This document shows, in pieces, positions 31,171-42,571 of a stretch of DNA of 64,000 nucleotides; within the stretch, counting starts at the first letter, position 1, and every line of letters starts with the position of its first letter. This DNA comes from an uncultured Spirochaetota bacterium (GTDB lineage: Bacteria; Spirochaetota; Spirochaetia; SZUA-6; Fen-1364). Under the pieces are notes generated by a model that ran no database searches, was not told the origin of the DNA, and worked only from the letters and a program-made list of their open reading frames with translations. A program made the position numbers and the translations under genes. The stretch covers positions 768,001 through 832,000 of the forward strand of contig CAWGAA010000003.1 in the NCBI GenBank assembly GCA_963820525.1, given 5' to 3'.

Positions 31171-33165
31171 TCATTCGAAGTGCAGGGCCTGGATCGGGTC
31201 CATGCGCGACGCCTTTCGCGCCGGATAGATCCCGAAGAACAGCCCCACGGCGATCGAGAAGCCCATGGCCAGCCCCACGGTGCCCAGGCTGACCACCACG
31301 GTCATCTTGCCCAGCACGCTGATGAGGTTGGCCGCGATCCCGCCGAGGGCCCACCCGAACAGCCCCCCCGTTGCCGAGAGGATGATCGCCTCCGTGAGGA
31401 ACTGCGCCATGATGTCCCTGCGGCGCGCCCCAAGGGCCTTCCTGATCCCGATCTCCCGCGTGCGCTCAGTCACGGACACCAGCATGATGTTCATGATCCC
31501 AATGCCTCCCACCAGGAGGCTTATCCCCGCGATGCTCCCCAGCATCAGCGTCATGATCTGCGAAACCCCCTGCACCGTCTGGAGGATGTCCTGCTGGCTC
31601 ACCACGGTGAAATCGTTGTCCGAGGTATCCGAGAGCCTGTGGCGTTCGCGAAGCAGGGACGTGACGTCCGTCTTCACCTGCTCCATCAGGCTCTTGTCGG
31701 TCACCCCGATGCCGATCGAGCGCACGTCCTTCTGGTGGCGGAAGCGGGCGTACACGGTGGACAGCGGAATGAACACCACGTCGTCCTGGCTGAAGAAGCC
31801 TCCCCCGCCCTTCTTCTGCAGCACCCCGATAACGCGGAAGCTTCCCGTGGAGATCTTCACCGTCTTTCCCAACGGGTCTTCATCCGCGAAGAGGTTCGTG
31901 ACCACGTCCTGGCCGAGAACCGCCACGCTGCGCTTGGCCTTGTAGTCCTCCTCGCTGAAGAAATCTCCCGCGGAGAGGGGCCAGTTTCGCACGTTGGGGT
32001 AATCCGCCGTGGTGCCCGTGATGCTCGTGTTCCAGTTTTTCTTCCGGTAGGTCAACTGCTGGCGTGTGTTCATCTCGGGCTCCACGCCCACCACGTTTGC
32101 GATCTGGGCCTTGATGGCCGCCGCGTCGTCGAAGGTGAGGGTGGAGATGGAGCCGAAGCCCTGACGGGCGCCGCCCACATTGACGCTCCCTGGAACGACG
32201 GTGAGGAGGTTGCTGCCCAGGCCCTCGATGCTCTTCTGCACTCCCACGGTGGCGCCCTGGCCCACCGAAACCATGGCGATCACGGCGCCCACCCCGATGA
32301 GGATTCCCAAGATTGTGAGCACGGCCCTCATCCTGTTCTGCCAGAGAGAGCGGGCGGCGGAGCGGATGTTTTCCACGAGCTCCCCGGGGCTGAAGATCCC
32401 GCGGCGCGCGCCGTTTCCCTCCGCCCGGGCGGAACGCAGCTTCGCCACGTCGATGCCGCTGCCGTTCGCCCGCGCGCTCCTCGTGACGGGCTCGTCGGAG
32501 ACCACCACCCCGTCCTTGAACCTGATGAGGCGCCTGGCGTAGGCGGCGATGTCCTGCTCGTGAGTGACCATCAGGATCGTGATCCCTGTCTTGTTCAGGC
32601 TGCGAAAGATCTCCATGATCTCCTGGCTGGTCTTGCTGTCGAGGTTTCCCGTCGGCTCGTCGGCCAGGATCAGGGCGGGCGAGTTGACCAGGGCTCGGGC
32701 TATTGCGATGCGCTGCTGCTCTCCGCCGGAGAGCTCGTTGGGGGTATGATCCGCTCTGTTGGGAAGGCCTATCGCCTCCAGGAGGGCCAATGACTGGGAG
32801 TTTGCCCGGCCGTCTCCCGAATAGATGAGGGGCAGCTCGATGTTCTGCCTCGCGTTTGTGCGCGACAGGAGATTGAAGCCCTGGAACACGAAACCGATGG
32901 AGCGGTTTCGCACGGCAGCAAGCTCATCATCGGACATCGTGGACACATCGGTCCCGTTGAGCACGTACGAGCCGGAGCTGGGATGATCCAGGCAGCCCAG
33001 GAGGTTGAGGAAAGTGGACTTGCCGGAGCCCGAGGGCCCCATGACCGCCACGAACTCCCCTTCCCGCAGGGTCACGGAAACGCCCTTCAGGGCCTGGACC
33101 TCCACCCTCCCCGTCTCGTAGGTCTTGGTGAGATTCTCCACGACGATCAACGGCCGGCCGCTCAT
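31171..33165 (-). CDS. macB: MacB-type ABC transporter ATPase-permease fusion
   Basis: [54 protein letters not shown]. Confidence 0.9.
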   Translation of the reverse strand: MSGRPLIVVENLTKTYETGRVEVQALKGVSVTLREGEFVAVMGPSGSGKSTFLNLLGCLDHPSSGSYVLNGTDVSTMSDDELAAVRNRSIGFVFQGFNLLSRTNARQNIELPLIYSGDGRANSQSLALLEAIGLPNRADHTPNELSGGEQQRIAIARALVNSPALILADEPTGNLDSKTSQEIMEIFRSLNKTGITILMVTHEQDIAAYARRLIRFKDGVVVSDEPVTRSARANGSGIDVAKLRSARAEGNGARRGIFSPGELVENIRSAARSLWQNRMRAVLTILGILIGVGAVIAMVSVGQGATVGVQKSIEGLGSNLLTVVPGSVNVGGARQGFGSISTLTFDDAAAIKAQIANVVGVEPEMNTRQQLTYRKKNWNTSITGTTADYPNVRNWPLSAGDFFSEEDYKAKRSVAVLGQDVVTNLFADEDPLGKTVKISTGSFRVIGVLQKKGGGGFFSQDDVVFIPLSTVYARFRHQKDVRSIGIGVTDKSLMEQVKTDVTSLLRERHRLSDTSDNDFTVVSQQDILQTVQGVSQIMTLMLGSIAGISLLVGGIGIMNIMLVSVTERTREIGIRKALGARRRDIMAQFLTEAIILSATGGLFGWALGGIAANLISVLGKMTVVVSLGTVGLAMGFSIAVGLFFGIYPARKASRMDPIQALHFE

Positions 33166-33181
33166 TGCATTACTCCTCATG

Positions 33182-34486
33182 CTAGTGGAGCACCCGGAAG
33201 ACCTGGCCCATGTTCGACTGCCCCTGCCTTCCCTGCGTGCCCGCCGGAGCCTTTCGCGGCTGTACCACCACTTCCTGTCCCTCGTCCAGGCCGGCCAGGA
33301 TCTGGGTCTGCGAGCCGTCCGTGACGCCGGTCTGGACCTCCCATGCCACCGGCTTTCCCTCGTCGAGGATGGTCACCAGCGAGGAGCCATTGGAGTTTCT
33401 GATTGAAGAGCTGGGAAGAGTGAGCACATTGGGGAGGTTGAGAACGGTGACCGTGGCGTCCGCGTTCATCCCCCAGAGGATCTTCCCGTTCTTGTTGGGC
33501 ACCTCGATGGAGGCGATGAAGACGGAAACGTTGGACTGCACCTGGGCGTGGAGGTCGATCTGCGTGACGCGCCCCGTAAGGGTCATGTCGGGAAAGCCCG
33601 AGGGGGTCACGCTCGCAGCGTCCCCCGGCTTGATCCTCTCCATGTCGTTCTCGTTCACCTGGGCCTGCAGGACCATGGGATCGGGGTCCACCACCGTCAT
33701 GATGGCGGTGCTGGGGCTCACCAGGTCACCGACGTTCACGAGCACTTCCGCCACGACGCCGGAGACGGGCGAGCGGATCGTTGCGGAGGCCAGCACGATC
33801 CTGGCCATCTGGAGGTCATTGTCGGCCTGGGCGAATGCCGCCTGCTGGGCCTGGATCACGTCGTCCTGGGACTGGGCCTTCACGTTCTGGTAGGTGAGCC
33901 GGGACGCCTCGTATTTCGATCCGGCGATGGCGAGCTGGCGCTCCGCGTCGGCGAGCTGGCTCTTGGATGCGAGGCCCTGCTCGGCGAGCGCCTTGATGTT
34001 GGTGTAGTTGTCCTGCTGGCTGTCGAGGTTCAGCTTGTTGGTGGTGAGATCCGCCTCCGCCACCGCCACGTCCATTCCCACGGGCTTGGCCTTGAGGTTG
34101 TCGAGCTTCACCCTCTGCGACTGGTAATTGGCTTCGGCGCTCTTGACGCTCAGGTCGAGCCCCGTCGCGTCGATCTGGGCCAGGGCCTGGTTGGCGGCGA
34201 CACGCTCGCCCTCTTTCACCTGGATCCGCACGATCTTTCTTGTCGGCATGTTTGAATCGGGCCTGATCGTGGTGATGGTGTTGGGCTCGAACTGCCCGGA
34301 GGCGGAAACGGTCATGGTCATGTCGGCGCGCGTCACCTTCACCGTCGTGACGGCCACGGGGTCCTTCGGGTCAGCCCCGGGAAATACCTTTGCGCCCAGA
34401 ACGAATACGATGGCCGCCGCCACGACAACCGCGGCCGCCGCGATAATGGCGATGCGCATCATCTTCCCCTTTTTTCTGCCTTTCAC
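33182..34486 (-). CDS. Efflux periplasmic adaptor (MacA-like)
   Basis: N-terminal anchor, lipoyl halves (VKEGERV, IRSPVSGVV), coiled coil, GMNADA. Confidence 0.88.
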   Translation of the reverse strand: MKGRKKGKMMRIAIIAAAAVVVAAAIVFVLGAKVFPGADPKDPVAVTTVKVTRADMTMTVSASGQFEPNTITTIRPDSNMPTRKIVRIQVKEGERVAANQALAQIDATGLDLSVKSAEANYQSQRVKLDNLKAKPVGMDVAVAEADLTTNKLNLDSQQDNYTNIKALAEQGLASKSQLADAERQLAIAGSKYEASRLTYQNVKAQSQDDVIQAQQAAFAQADNDLQMARIVLASATIRSPVSGVVAEVLVNVGDLVSPSTAIMTVVDPDPMVLQAQVNENDMERIKPGDAASVTPSGFPDMTLTGRVTQIDLHAQVQSNVSVFIASIEVPNKNGKILWGMNADATVTVLNLPNVLTLPSSSIRNSNGSSLVTILDEGKPVAWEVQTGVTDGSQTQILAGLDEGQEVVVQPRKAPAGTQGRQGQSNMGQVFRVLH

Positions 34487-34506
34487 GGTTTGCCTTCCTT
34501 TAGTTT

Positions 34507-35967
34507 CTACTCGCCCATCGCGTTCTGAAGGGCAAGCACGCCCAACTGCGAAGTGTTCTTCGCCTTGGCCAGGCCGACCTGCGCCGTGGTCAGCGTCACC
34601 GACGCGGTGAGAAGATCCAGCGCGGATATAACGCCCGCGTCGAATTGCGCCTTTGCCAGGTTGTACTGGTCCTGCGCCAGTGCGAGGTTCCTCTGCGCCA
34701 GGTCCGCCCGCGCCAGAAGGTCCTTCAGAGTGTAGACCGAGCCCTTGACCGTGGCCGCGATGTTCGACGTGAGCTGGTCGATCTTGATGTCGTCCGATTG
34801 CCCCTGAAGCTGGGCCTGCTTGATCTGGGATTCGGCAAGACCCGAGTCGAAGATGGGGACGTTCACCTGCACGCCCAGCGAATAGTCGGCGTAATCGTAG
34901 CCCGCCGTCCAGTCCCTATCCCACGAGACCCCACCCGTAGCGGCGACAACGGGGGATTGCAGCGCCTTCTTGAGCGCGAGGGCGATCGCGTCAGTGGATC
35001 TGGTGAGCTTCAGCTGCTTGAGATCCGCCCGCTGGCCGAACGCGGTCTGGACGGCCTGGTTCACGTCCAGATTCGGCACCGGCGGGTTTTCGACGTCCGA
35101 TACCGAATACACCTTGTCCGCCGGCCAGCCCACCAGGTTGGACAGCTTTTCCCTGTCCACCTCCAGGGTGGACTGCGCCAGGCTCAGGTCCAGCTCCGCG
35201 GTGCTCTCGTTGACCTCGGCCTGCTCCACATCGATCCTGGTTGCGTTCTCGTTCGCGAAGAGAGTCTGGATGCGCTTCAGCTCTTCCTGCCTCTGCTTCA
35301 CGGTATCCTGAAGCACTCCGATCTGCTGCAACTGTCCCAGCATCGTATAATAGGCCTGCTTCACGTTGTAGGCGATGGTCTTGCGCGTGGATTCATCCGC
35401 CGCCTGGGCGATCTGAAGCGCGATGCCCGCCTGCTCGACCGCCGCAGAGCCGCGTCCTCCCAGGTAACCGTCCCAGAGGGTCTGGCTGGCCGAAAGGGAA
35501 AGAGCGGACCTCTGATCGGAAAGGGCCTGCTCGTTGAGGTTGTAGGAGCCGGTCACGCTCACCGTCGTGGAAGGGCTGGAGGGCTGGGTGAGGGTAACGC
35601 CCGCCTGGGCGGAGTCCGTGGCGTTGGCGACGACCCCCGTGGTTGAAAAGGGGGAGGTGCTTCCCGTGTATTTGGAAGGCACCGTGTTCACGACGGGCTG
35701 CGAGCGGGTGGCGCCGGCAGTGGCGGAAAGGCCCAGCGAGTTCTGCGCCACGGCCTGAGAGTACTGGGCCTGGCTGGCCGCCAGCGTGGCGTTTGCCAGC
35801 TTGATATCCGGCGCATTCTGCATCGCCGCGTCAATACACTGGATGAGGGTTACGACGTTCTGTTGGTCATCTGCCATAACGGAAAGGGAGGAGGTGACGG
35901 CGATGAGTACGAGAACCGCAACCCTCGCCCGGTGCGATCGGAGAATCCAGTCCGCTCTCTTATTCAT
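34507..35967 (-). CDS. TolC-family outer-membrane efflux protein
   Basis: TLIQCIDAAMQN, VKQAYY, NVPIFDSG and QFDAGVIS..DLL repeats. Confidence 0.88.
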   Translation of the reverse strand: MNKRADWILRSHRARVAVLVLIAVTSSLSVMADDQQNVVTLIQCIDAAMQNAPDIKLANATLAASQAQYSQAVAQNSLGLSATAGATRSQPVVNTVPSKYTGSTSPFSTTGVVANATDSAQAGVTLTQPSSPSTTVSVTGSYNLNEQALSDQRSALSLSASQTLWDGYLGGRGSAAVEQAGIALQIAQAADESTRKTIAYNVKQAYYTMLGQLQQIGVLQDTVKQRQEELKRIQTLFANENATRIDVEQAEVNESTAELDLSLAQSTLEVDREKLSNLVGWPADKVYSVSDVENPPVPNLDVNQAVQTAFGQRADLKQLKLTRSTDAIALALKKALQSPVVAATGGVSWDRDWTAGYDYADYSLGVQVNVPIFDSGLAESQIKQAQLQGQSDDIKIDQLTSNIAATVKGSVYTLKDLLARADLAQRNLALAQDQYNLAKAQFDAGVISALDLLTASVTLTTAQVGLAKAKNTSQLGVLALQNAMGE

Positions 35968-36034
35968 AACAAGAGGATACGCGCCGCGACGCCGGCGCTC
36001 CATAGATGGCGGGTAAAAAGAAAATAACTTCTTG

Positions 36035-37354
36035 TTATCCCCAGGAGGCCACCAGCGGGTGGCCAAGGGCCTCTTCGGGCCTCGCGCGATCCAGGGACTC
36101 GCCCACCGCAGCGAAGCGCCGGATCCTTTCGGCAAGCGGCAGGCCCGCCAGGGGGTTGTCCGGGCTGAACAGCGCATAGCGGGCGTCGGCCTGCGCCAGG
36201 TTCTCATGGGCGACCAGGGCCCAGGTGGCTGAAACCAGGTGGGAGAACTCCGGCAGGAGTATCTCGGGGCAGTGGAAGGATTGGCGCGGCTGGTTGATGT
36301 CTACCCCGCTCACCTCCATCAGCTGGTGGAGGGCGCACAACCGGCGAACTCTTGCCAGCTGCTCCCGGGTGTTTCGCGGCGGCATGTATGCCACGGCGCG
36401 CAGTCCCAGCCGCTTCACCTCCACGAAAAGCTCCTCGAGATACTCGTCCTCGAATTTTTCCGCCTTCTTGTCGCCCGTGGGGGAATCCGTCACGTCGCCG
36501 AGGTAGCCGTAACAGGCAATGGAGCCCGTCTCCTCCGAGATCCTGACCGCCTCACGCGCGGGCGGGCATTCATCGGAATCGGGCTGGATGAAGATCCGCT
36601 GGAGAAAGGAGCTTTTCAGAAAGCCCAGGAGATCGTACAGGAGGAAGGGATTCGAGTCATCCGCCAGGTTCGACGCCACGCGCCCCGTTGGCGGAAGCCC
36701 GAGGGGCCCTCTGAGGAAGGAGAGGAGCTTTTCTCCACGCCCGGCCTGTTCGACGATCCTGGCGCTCAATGCAAAGAGGATGTGGCGCTCGGTTATCGTG
36801 CCGCCCTCCGCCGCACGGGAACGGGAATGCACATCCCGGTCGAAATCCAGGGGCGCGAGGCCAAGCGCGCCAAGAATCGCGCTCAGCCTCTCGACCATCC
36901 GCCTGTTCCGTCTTTCGCGGGAGGCGCGGATCGGGGCCAGGAAGCCGTCGAAAGCGGCGCGGCTGCGCGTCGTGATCCCATGGACGATCACGTACATGAT
37001 CCCGGCGGAATCCGGGTTGTTGAGCTTCCTGCCCTCAAGGGCGGTGCCCGCGGCGCTGACGCGAAGCTCGACGCCGGCGGTGGTGGCGATGCCGAGGATC
37101 CTTCCGGCCTGACGCATCTCCGCCATGCCGGCCAGGCTCTCGTGGTCGACGATGCCCACGGCGAGGAGCCCCGCGGAATCGGCCAGATACGCCGCCTTGA
37201 CCGGCGAATACGGGCTGAAGGAATAGATGGTGTGAACGTGATTGTTCACCTCCCCGGTTCGGGGGACAGGCGCTCTTTCCCGCGCCATGCGAGCGAGGGC
37301 CGTCAGGCGCTCGGCGCTCGAGCCCGCGTTGAGAGGATCAGGGGTCGTTACCAT
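36035..37354 (-). CDS. PHP-domain phosphoesterase-like protein
   Basis: NNHVHTIYS, DHE, GVEL, SGVDIN. Confidence 0.8.
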   Translation of the reverse strand: MVTTPDPLNAGSSAERLTALARMARERAPVPRTGEVNNHVHTIYSFSPYSPVKAAYLADSAGLLAVGIVDHESLAGMAEMRQAGRILGIATTAGVELRVSAAGTALEGRKLNNPDSAGIMYVIVHGITTRSRAAFDGFLAPIRASRERRNRRMVERLSAILGALGLAPLDFDRDVHSRSRAAEGGTITERHILFALSARIVEQAGRGEKLLSFLRGPLGLPPTGRVASNLADDSNPFLLYDLLGFLKSSFLQRIFIQPDSDECPPAREAVRISEETGSIACYGYLGDVTDSPTGDKKAEKFEDEYLEELFVEVKRLGLRAVAYMPPRNTREQLARVRRLCALHQLMEVSGVDINQPRQSFHCPEILLPEFSHLVSATWALVAHENLAQADARYALFSPDNPLAGLPLAERIRRFAAVGESLDRARPEEALGHPLVASWG

Positions 37355-37413
37355 GGTTGAGACGAGGGTCGCTCTTCGCGGGCGGGATGGTCAAGGGCGC
37401 GGTGGGCTCCCGG

Positions 37414-38454
37414 TCAATACACGAATTGGACCACGCCGTACACCATGCCGGCGCTGGCGGGGCAGAAGACCACCTTGTTTCCGCGGGCGAGCCTTCCTTC
37501 CTTGATTGCCATGTCTATTCCGACCGGGATGCTGGCGGACACGAGGTTCCCGTAGGCGGGAAAGACCTTGGCGTACATCTTCTCCAGGGGGATGCCGATC
37601 TTCTTGCTCGCCGAGAGGTAGGCGGCGTCCGATGCGGCATGGGGGAAGTAGATGTCGGGCTCGTCGAGGTTGCCCACCGCCTCCTCGACAAGCGGAGCGA
37701 GCACCTCGTCGGCGTTGGCGAACATCTCCCGGCCGTAGGACACGAAGTTGTACAGCCCGTTCTTGGCCAGGCGTTGGCTGGGCTCCACGAAGCCCTCGTA
37801 GCCGTCCAGGGGGATGGTGCACAGGTCGCACAGCTCCGGCACGGTCTTGAACGTGAACTTCCACTCGCGGTCCGAAGGAACGAGGATCGTGGCCGTGGCT
37901 GCTTCCCCGATGGTATAGGTGGGAAAGGTGTACTCTATCTGGCGGAGGTTCTTCACCACGAAGTTGTCGGGGAAGCCGTGGTGGACGTTGAACTCGCCGT
38001 TCACGACCATGATGGTCTTGTAGCGCCCGCTCTTGAGGAACTCGTAGGAGATCTCCAGCGAGCGGATCCAGCTCATGCACGCGTCAGAGATGTCGAAGCA
38101 CGAGCATTCCATCTGCATGGCGCTGGCGTAGAAGTATGCGTTGGCCGGCTCCAGGAAGCCCTTGCCCACGCCGCAATAGATCAAAAGGTCGATATCGTCC
38201 TTGGAGCGGCCTGCCTTCTCCAGGGCGTCTTCCATGGCCCCTTTGATGAAGCCGATCGCCGCCTCCTGCTTCTCCGTGTCCCTGATGAAGCGGACCTCGG
38301 AGCCGGCCATCTTGAACAGGCCTTTGACCATCCTTTGATAGGTCTTCAGGACTACCTTGGAGATCCCATTGCTTTGGTCTTCGAGGAACTTCAGGATATC
38401 GTCATTCGTGACTTTCCGCGAAGGGAAACGTACCCCGATGGATTCTATCTTCAT
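37414..38454 (-). CDS. FabH/OleA-like 3-oxoacyl-ACP synthase III family protein
   Basis: EPANA, FDISDACMSW (catalytic Cys), FPHAAS, YGNLVSASIP; GAGGTG RBS. Confidence 0.85.
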   Translation of the reverse strand: MKIESIGVRFPSRKVTNDDILKFLEDQSNGISKVVLKTYQRMVKGLFKMAGSEVRFIRDTEKQEAAIGFIKGAMEDALEKAGRSKDDIDLLIYCGVGKGFLEPANAYFYASAMQMECSCFDISDACMSWIRSLEISYEFLKSGRYKTIMVVNGEFNVHHGFPDNFVVKNLRQIEYTFPTYTIGEAATATILVPSDREWKFTFKTVPELCDLCTIPLDGYEGFVEPSQRLAKNGLYNFVSYGREMFANADEVLAPLVEEAVGNLDEPDIYFPHAASDAAYLSASKKIGIPLEKMYAKVFPAYGNLVSASIPVGIDMAIKEGRLARGNKVVFCPASAGMVYGVVQFVY

Positions 38455-38623
38455 GAGCACCTCATTCAATCAGAGGAAATTGCGCCAATTGACAGTGGCC
38501 CCGATCTTTGCTGGTTTTCTTGCCGGTTTCCTCGTCATAGTATACCATATTCCTTCCAATTGAACAGTACCATATCGGGGGTTCCCGCGGGATGAAACGC
38601 GGTGCCTCCTTGGGGGAGGGCGC

Positions 38624-39973
38624 ATGCGGATAGCGATCGTGGCCGTCGGCTCGCTGGGAGATGTGCGGCCATTCGTCGCGTTGGCGACCGGTCTGATTCG
38701 AAAAGGATATACGGTCCGCCTGGCAAGCCACGCTCCGTTCAGGGAGATGGCCGTGGACAATGGCCTGGAGTTCGCCCCCGTGGAAGGAAATCCCCGGGAC
38801 CTGGTGCGCGGAGAGGAGGGCCAGGCATGGCTGGCTTCCACCAACAATCCTCTCGCCTTTATGCTCCGCATGTCGAAGATCGCGGGTCTGGTCCTCGACA
38901 AGCTGAGCACCGACGCATTGGAGGCATCGCGGGGAAGCGACGCCGTCATCTACAACCTGCCGCTGGCGGCCTCGGGCTATTCGATAGCCGAAAGCCTCGG
39001 CGTGCCCGGCATCCCCGCCTCCCTCTACCCTCTCCACCCCACGCGGGCCTTTCCTTCGATTGTGGCCCCCTCCCTGCCGGTGAAAGGAGGGGCGGCGAAC
39101 TGGCTGAGCGGATTCCTGGCGGCGGAGCTCTTCTGGAGGATCTTCAGCTCGCACCACAACCGCTGGAGGCGGAAGACAGGGCTGCGAACGCTTCCATTCA
39201 ACGCGCCGCTTGGCCGTTTCGAGAGGGCAGCCGTGCCCTACCTCTACGGGTACAGCCCATCGGTTATCCCGATCCCGCGGGGCTGGAAAGAGTCGCGCGC
39301 GGTATGCGGCTACTGGTTCCTCGACCGCCCGCGCGAATGGCAGCCTCCCCGGAAGCTGCTCGACTTCCTTGGCCAGGGGGAGCCTCCGCTGTACGTCGGG
39401 TTCGGAAGCATGGCCGAGGGCAGCGGCGACCGGCTCACCGGCATCGTGCTGGAAGCCCTGGAAAGAACGGGACGGCGGGCCATCCTTGCCGCCGGCTGGG
39501 GCGAGCTGGGAACCCGAAGCCTCCCCGCGCGCGTACTCGGCGTCGAGTCGGTCCCGCACGATTGGCTTCTGCCCCGCGTTGCCGCAGCCATCCATCATGG
39601 AGGAGCGGGGACGACAGCCGCGGTCCTGCGCGCCGGGGTGCCTTCCATCACGGTCCCTTTCTTCGCAGACCAGTTTTTCTGGGGCGGACGGATCGCGGAG
39701 CTCGGCGTGGGTCCCGTGCCGATTCCCCGCAAGCGCCTGACCGTGAGCGCCCTGGTACAGGCCATAGAGGACATGCACGCTGACCGCGGCATGGGCAAAA
39801 GATGCCGTGCCCTGGCGCGGAGGATCGCGCTCGAGGATGGGATCGGCAAAGCGGCGGAAACGGTTGACCGCTACCTTCGAAGCACAACCCGGCGGATAAA
39901 CCAGCGCCGGAGCCTTCCGGGGAGAGCCGGGGCAAGCCTCCCGAGCAGCCGCGATTCCCAGCCCACGGCGTAG
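38624..39973 (+). CDS. Family 1 glycosyltransferase (sterol glucosyltransferase-like)
   Basis: GSLGDVRP, YVGFGSM, PHDWL, HHGGAGTT, FADQFFWG. Confidence 0.9.
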   Translation: MRIAIVAVGSLGDVRPFVALATGLIRKGYTVRLASHAPFREMAVDNGLEFAPVEGNPRDLVRGEEGQAWLASTNNPLAFMLRMSKIAGLVLDKLSTDALEASRGSDAVIYNLPLAASGYSIAESLGVPGIPASLYPLHPTRAFPSIVAPSLPVKGGAANWLSGFLAAELFWRIFSSHHNRWRRKTGLRTLPFNAPLGRFERAAVPYLYGYSPSVIPIPRGWKESRAVCGYWFLDRPREWQPPRKLLDFLGQGEPPLYVGFGSMAEGSGDRLTGIVLEALERTGRRAILAAGWGELGTRSLPARVLGVESVPHDWLLPRVAAAIHHGGAGTTAAVLRAGVPSITVPFFADQFFWGGRIAELGVGPVPIPRKRLTVSALVQAIEDMHADRGMGKRCRALARRIALEDGIGKAAETVDRYLRSTTRRINQRRSLPGRAGASLPSSRDSQPTA

Positions 39974-40722
39974 CGCGTTCGGGGAGCCCGCGCGCTGAGC
40001 GCGCGCGCCACCACGCGGGCCACGCGGACGGCCGGGATGCCCGAGTGAGCGCTCCTGTCCGTGTATTCCTGGAAGGAAGCGGCGGCGCCGCGATAGGGAT
40101 CCCACCGTGGGCCCGCCTGTCCATTGGAAATGTCCTGCGCCAATCGTTTGGACTTCTCCCAGATCGGCGTCTTTATATTTCCCGGCTCGAGAATCGTCAC
40201 GCTGACCCCGCAGTCATGGAGCTCCATGCCCAGCGAGTCGGCGATGCCTTCCAGCGCGAACTTCGCACCGGCATACGCGCCCAGGAAGGGAAGGGCAAAT
40301 CTCCCCAGGATCGAACCCATGAGGATGATCCGGCCCCGCGCCGCGCGAAGGAGGGGGAGAAAGGCCTGCGTCACGGCGACCTGCCCCAGAACGTTCACTT
40401 CCAACTGATTTCGCAGCGCGGCGATTGGCAGGAGCTCGAGGGGTCCGGCCACCGAGATTCCCGCGTTGTTGACCAGGCCGTGAAGACCGGCCGCGCCGCA
40501 CTCGATTGCCACCGTTTGGGCTGCCGAATGGATGGATTGGCCGTCCGTCACGTCCAAAATGAGCGCGGAGAGGCCCTCGCCCGCGCTCCGCTTCAGGTCC
40601 TGCGCCGCCTCCTCGGTTCTGACGCCTGCAAAGACGCGAAAGCCGCGCGAAGCGAGCAGGAGGGCGCATTCCCTCCCAATCCCCGTCGATGCCCCAGTCA
40701 CGACAACGGTTTTGCCCTTCAT
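39871..40722 (-). CDS. Short-chain dehydrogenase/reductase
   Basis: VTGASTGIG, LVNNAG, YAGAKFALE; 3' end overlaps the convergent glycosyltransferase. Confidence 0.9.
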   Translation of the reverse strand: MKGKTVVVTGASTGIGRECALLLASRGFRVFAGVRTEEAAQDLKRSAGEGLSALILDVTDGQSIHSAAQTVAIECGAAGLHGLVNNAGISVAGPLELLPIAALRNQLEVNVLGQVAVTQAFLPLLRAARGRIILMGSILGRFALPFLGAYAGAKFALEGIADSLGMELHDCGVSVTILEPGNIKTPIWEKSKRLAQDISNGQAGPRWDPYRGAAASFQEYTDRSAHSGIPAVRVARVVARALSARAPRTRYAVGWESRLLGRLAPALPGRLRRWFIRRVVLRR

Positions 40723-40813
40723 AATCAGATTACTGACCGTAGCTGAAACGGAGAATGCTGTAAATATGCATGCCGAGTTGACAAAAAGGGGCCATCCCTT
40801 GATTATGGGCAAA

Positions 40814-42508
40814 ATGAAAACCATTTTACGGGCCGTCGCGGTTCTCTGGATCGCCCTGATGGGGGCGCGAGGGTGGGCCCTCTCCATCTATGACCCCAAC
40901 GACAGGATCTACACCTACCTGTCGGCCTGGGACGAAAAGGGCTACTACGACCCCCTGCCGATGCTTCGGCCATACCCCCCCCAGCTCATCCGAAGCTGCC
41001 TCGAGCAGGTCATGGCAAAGGGCGGCGAGCTGGACGCGGGCGTTGCCCGTGATTTCCTGGCTCAGATGAACGGAGAGGAAGCCCCCGCCGCGGTGCGGCC
41101 GGCCGAGGGGAGCCTTCTTCACATCGGCTTCGACTCCTCGGCGGAAGGATTCCTGAACGCGGGCACAGGCGATACATTCCTGCGGCCCGGCATCGAGCTT
41201 TCCCTCAATGGCGGCATCGGGCCGTATGTCCAGCTCTCCGGTATGACGGGGCTCTGGCTCTGGGACAAGAACGAGGCGGACTTCATCCCCTATAGGACCG
41301 AGGGCAGGATCTTCTATTCCGGCGGCGGCGGGGCCACGCTCACCATCGGCGGCACGAAATACAACCTCCCGAGCCTCTGGAAGGGGGGAATGTTCATTGG
41401 AAGCGATACCCTCTACTTCCAGGCCGGGCTCATGAAAAGCTCCTTTGGGCCGTTTTTCGATACGAGCGCCGTCCTCGGACCACAAGCCCCGGAGGCGGGG
41501 CACTTCTCCTTCACCTACAGGGGCGGATGGATCACGGTAAGCTCGGTGCTGCTGGATCTGTCGGCGACCACGGCGGTGGGATCGGGAAAACCCAATGCAA
41601 TCGGACAGACCTTTCCCTACGGCCAGCTCTACTCCCTGCATAGCAATCCGCCCGGGTTTTTTCCTTCAAAGTTCCTCGCTCTTCACTCCGCCTTGTTCAC
41701 CCCGCTGCCCTGGCTTGCCGTAGGCCTTCAGCAGGCGACGATGTTCGGCGCGAGGCTCGATCCCCTGTATCTCATTCCCTTCGGCTTCATCGCGGATTCC
41801 CAGATCTACTCCGGAGACTGGGACAACTCCATCATGGGCCTCTTTGCCCGCGCACGCCTTCCCTGGAACCTGACAGCCGATTTCTCCCTGTACATCGACG
41901 ACATGAACTCAAGCGAAGCCCTGAAGCTCAACTTCAACTCGGGCCAGGACAAGCTGGCCCTCCACGGCGGGATTCTCTGGACGCCGGACCTTCCCCTGTT
42001 CCTTCGCCTGTCTCTGGAATACCTCCTGATAACGCCGCACATGTACACGCACTCGCGCTTCGTTTACCTCAACTACATCAACTACACCAACTTCGACAGA
42101 AACCTCGGAAGCGTGCTGGATCCAAACTCCGATCAGCTCATTCTCAAGGCCCAGGTCCAACCCTGGACATGGCTCTTCGGCGAGACGTGGCTGAGGCTTG
42201 CCCGACACGGCAATGGTTCCGACCACGGAAGCGGCACGGTTGCCGGAGACGGCTCGATCTGGGACGACGGCTATGATTCAACCGGGACTGTGACCTTCTA
42301 CGGAAACTCCACCTTCCTCACGCAGAAGGTCCTCGAAGAGATCCTCCAGATCGGAGCGGCAGCGGAGGTCTCCCTCCCCGTCTCGGCTTTCAGGACGTGG
42401 TTTCGAGCCGAGTACGCCTTCGAGATCCTCAGGAACAAGGGACTGGTCGAGGGGGCCGATTCGATCAACAACTACCTGAAGCTCACCATCAGGGCGGGAC
42501 TGAAGTAG
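40814..42508 (+). CDS. Putative outer-membrane protein, Wzi-like
   Basis: Signal peptide, 'LRPYP', 'YLIPF', 'DNSIMG', 'YIDD', 'PNSD', beta-rich C-terminus. Confidence 0.6.
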   Translation: MKTILRAVAVLWIALMGARGWALSIYDPNDRIYTYLSAWDEKGYYDPLPMLRPYPPQLIRSCLEQVMAKGGELDAGVARDFLAQMNGEEAPAAVRPAEGSLLHIGFDSSAEGFLNAGTGDTFLRPGIELSLNGGIGPYVQLSGMTGLWLWDKNEADFIPYRTEGRIFYSGGGGATLTIGGTKYNLPSLWKGGMFIGSDTLYFQAGLMKSSFGPFFDTSAVLGPQAPEAGHFSFTYRGGWITVSSVLLDLSATTAVGSGKPNAIGQTFPYGQLYSLHSNPPGFFPSKFLALHSALFTPLPWLAVGLQQATMFGARLDPLYLIPFGFIADSQIYSGDWDNSIMGLFARARLPWNLTADFSLYIDDMNSSEALKLNFNSGQDKLALHGGILWTPDLPLFLRLSLEYLLITPHMYTHSRFVYLNYINYTNFDRNLGSVLDPNSDQLILKAQVQPWTWLFGETWLRLARHGNGSDHGSGTVAGDGSIWDDGYDSTGTVTFYGNSTFLTQKVLEEILQIGAAAEVSLPVSAFRTWFRAEYAFEILRNKGLVEGADSINNYLKLTIRAGLK

Positions 42509-42571
42509 GAGAACACGGCGCGCGCCGAAGCCGGGAGCGCTGCGCGGGGCTCGCGGCGTGCCCCGCCGCCT

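Noticed and set aside
30865..32793. Long antisense or alternate-frame ORFs (for example 30865-32793 +, 44630-46204 +, 38462-40105 -, 6120-7691 -, 47905-49422 -)
   Set aside because: They shadow well-supported genes, lack motifs, and are expected in high-GC DNA with few stop codons.
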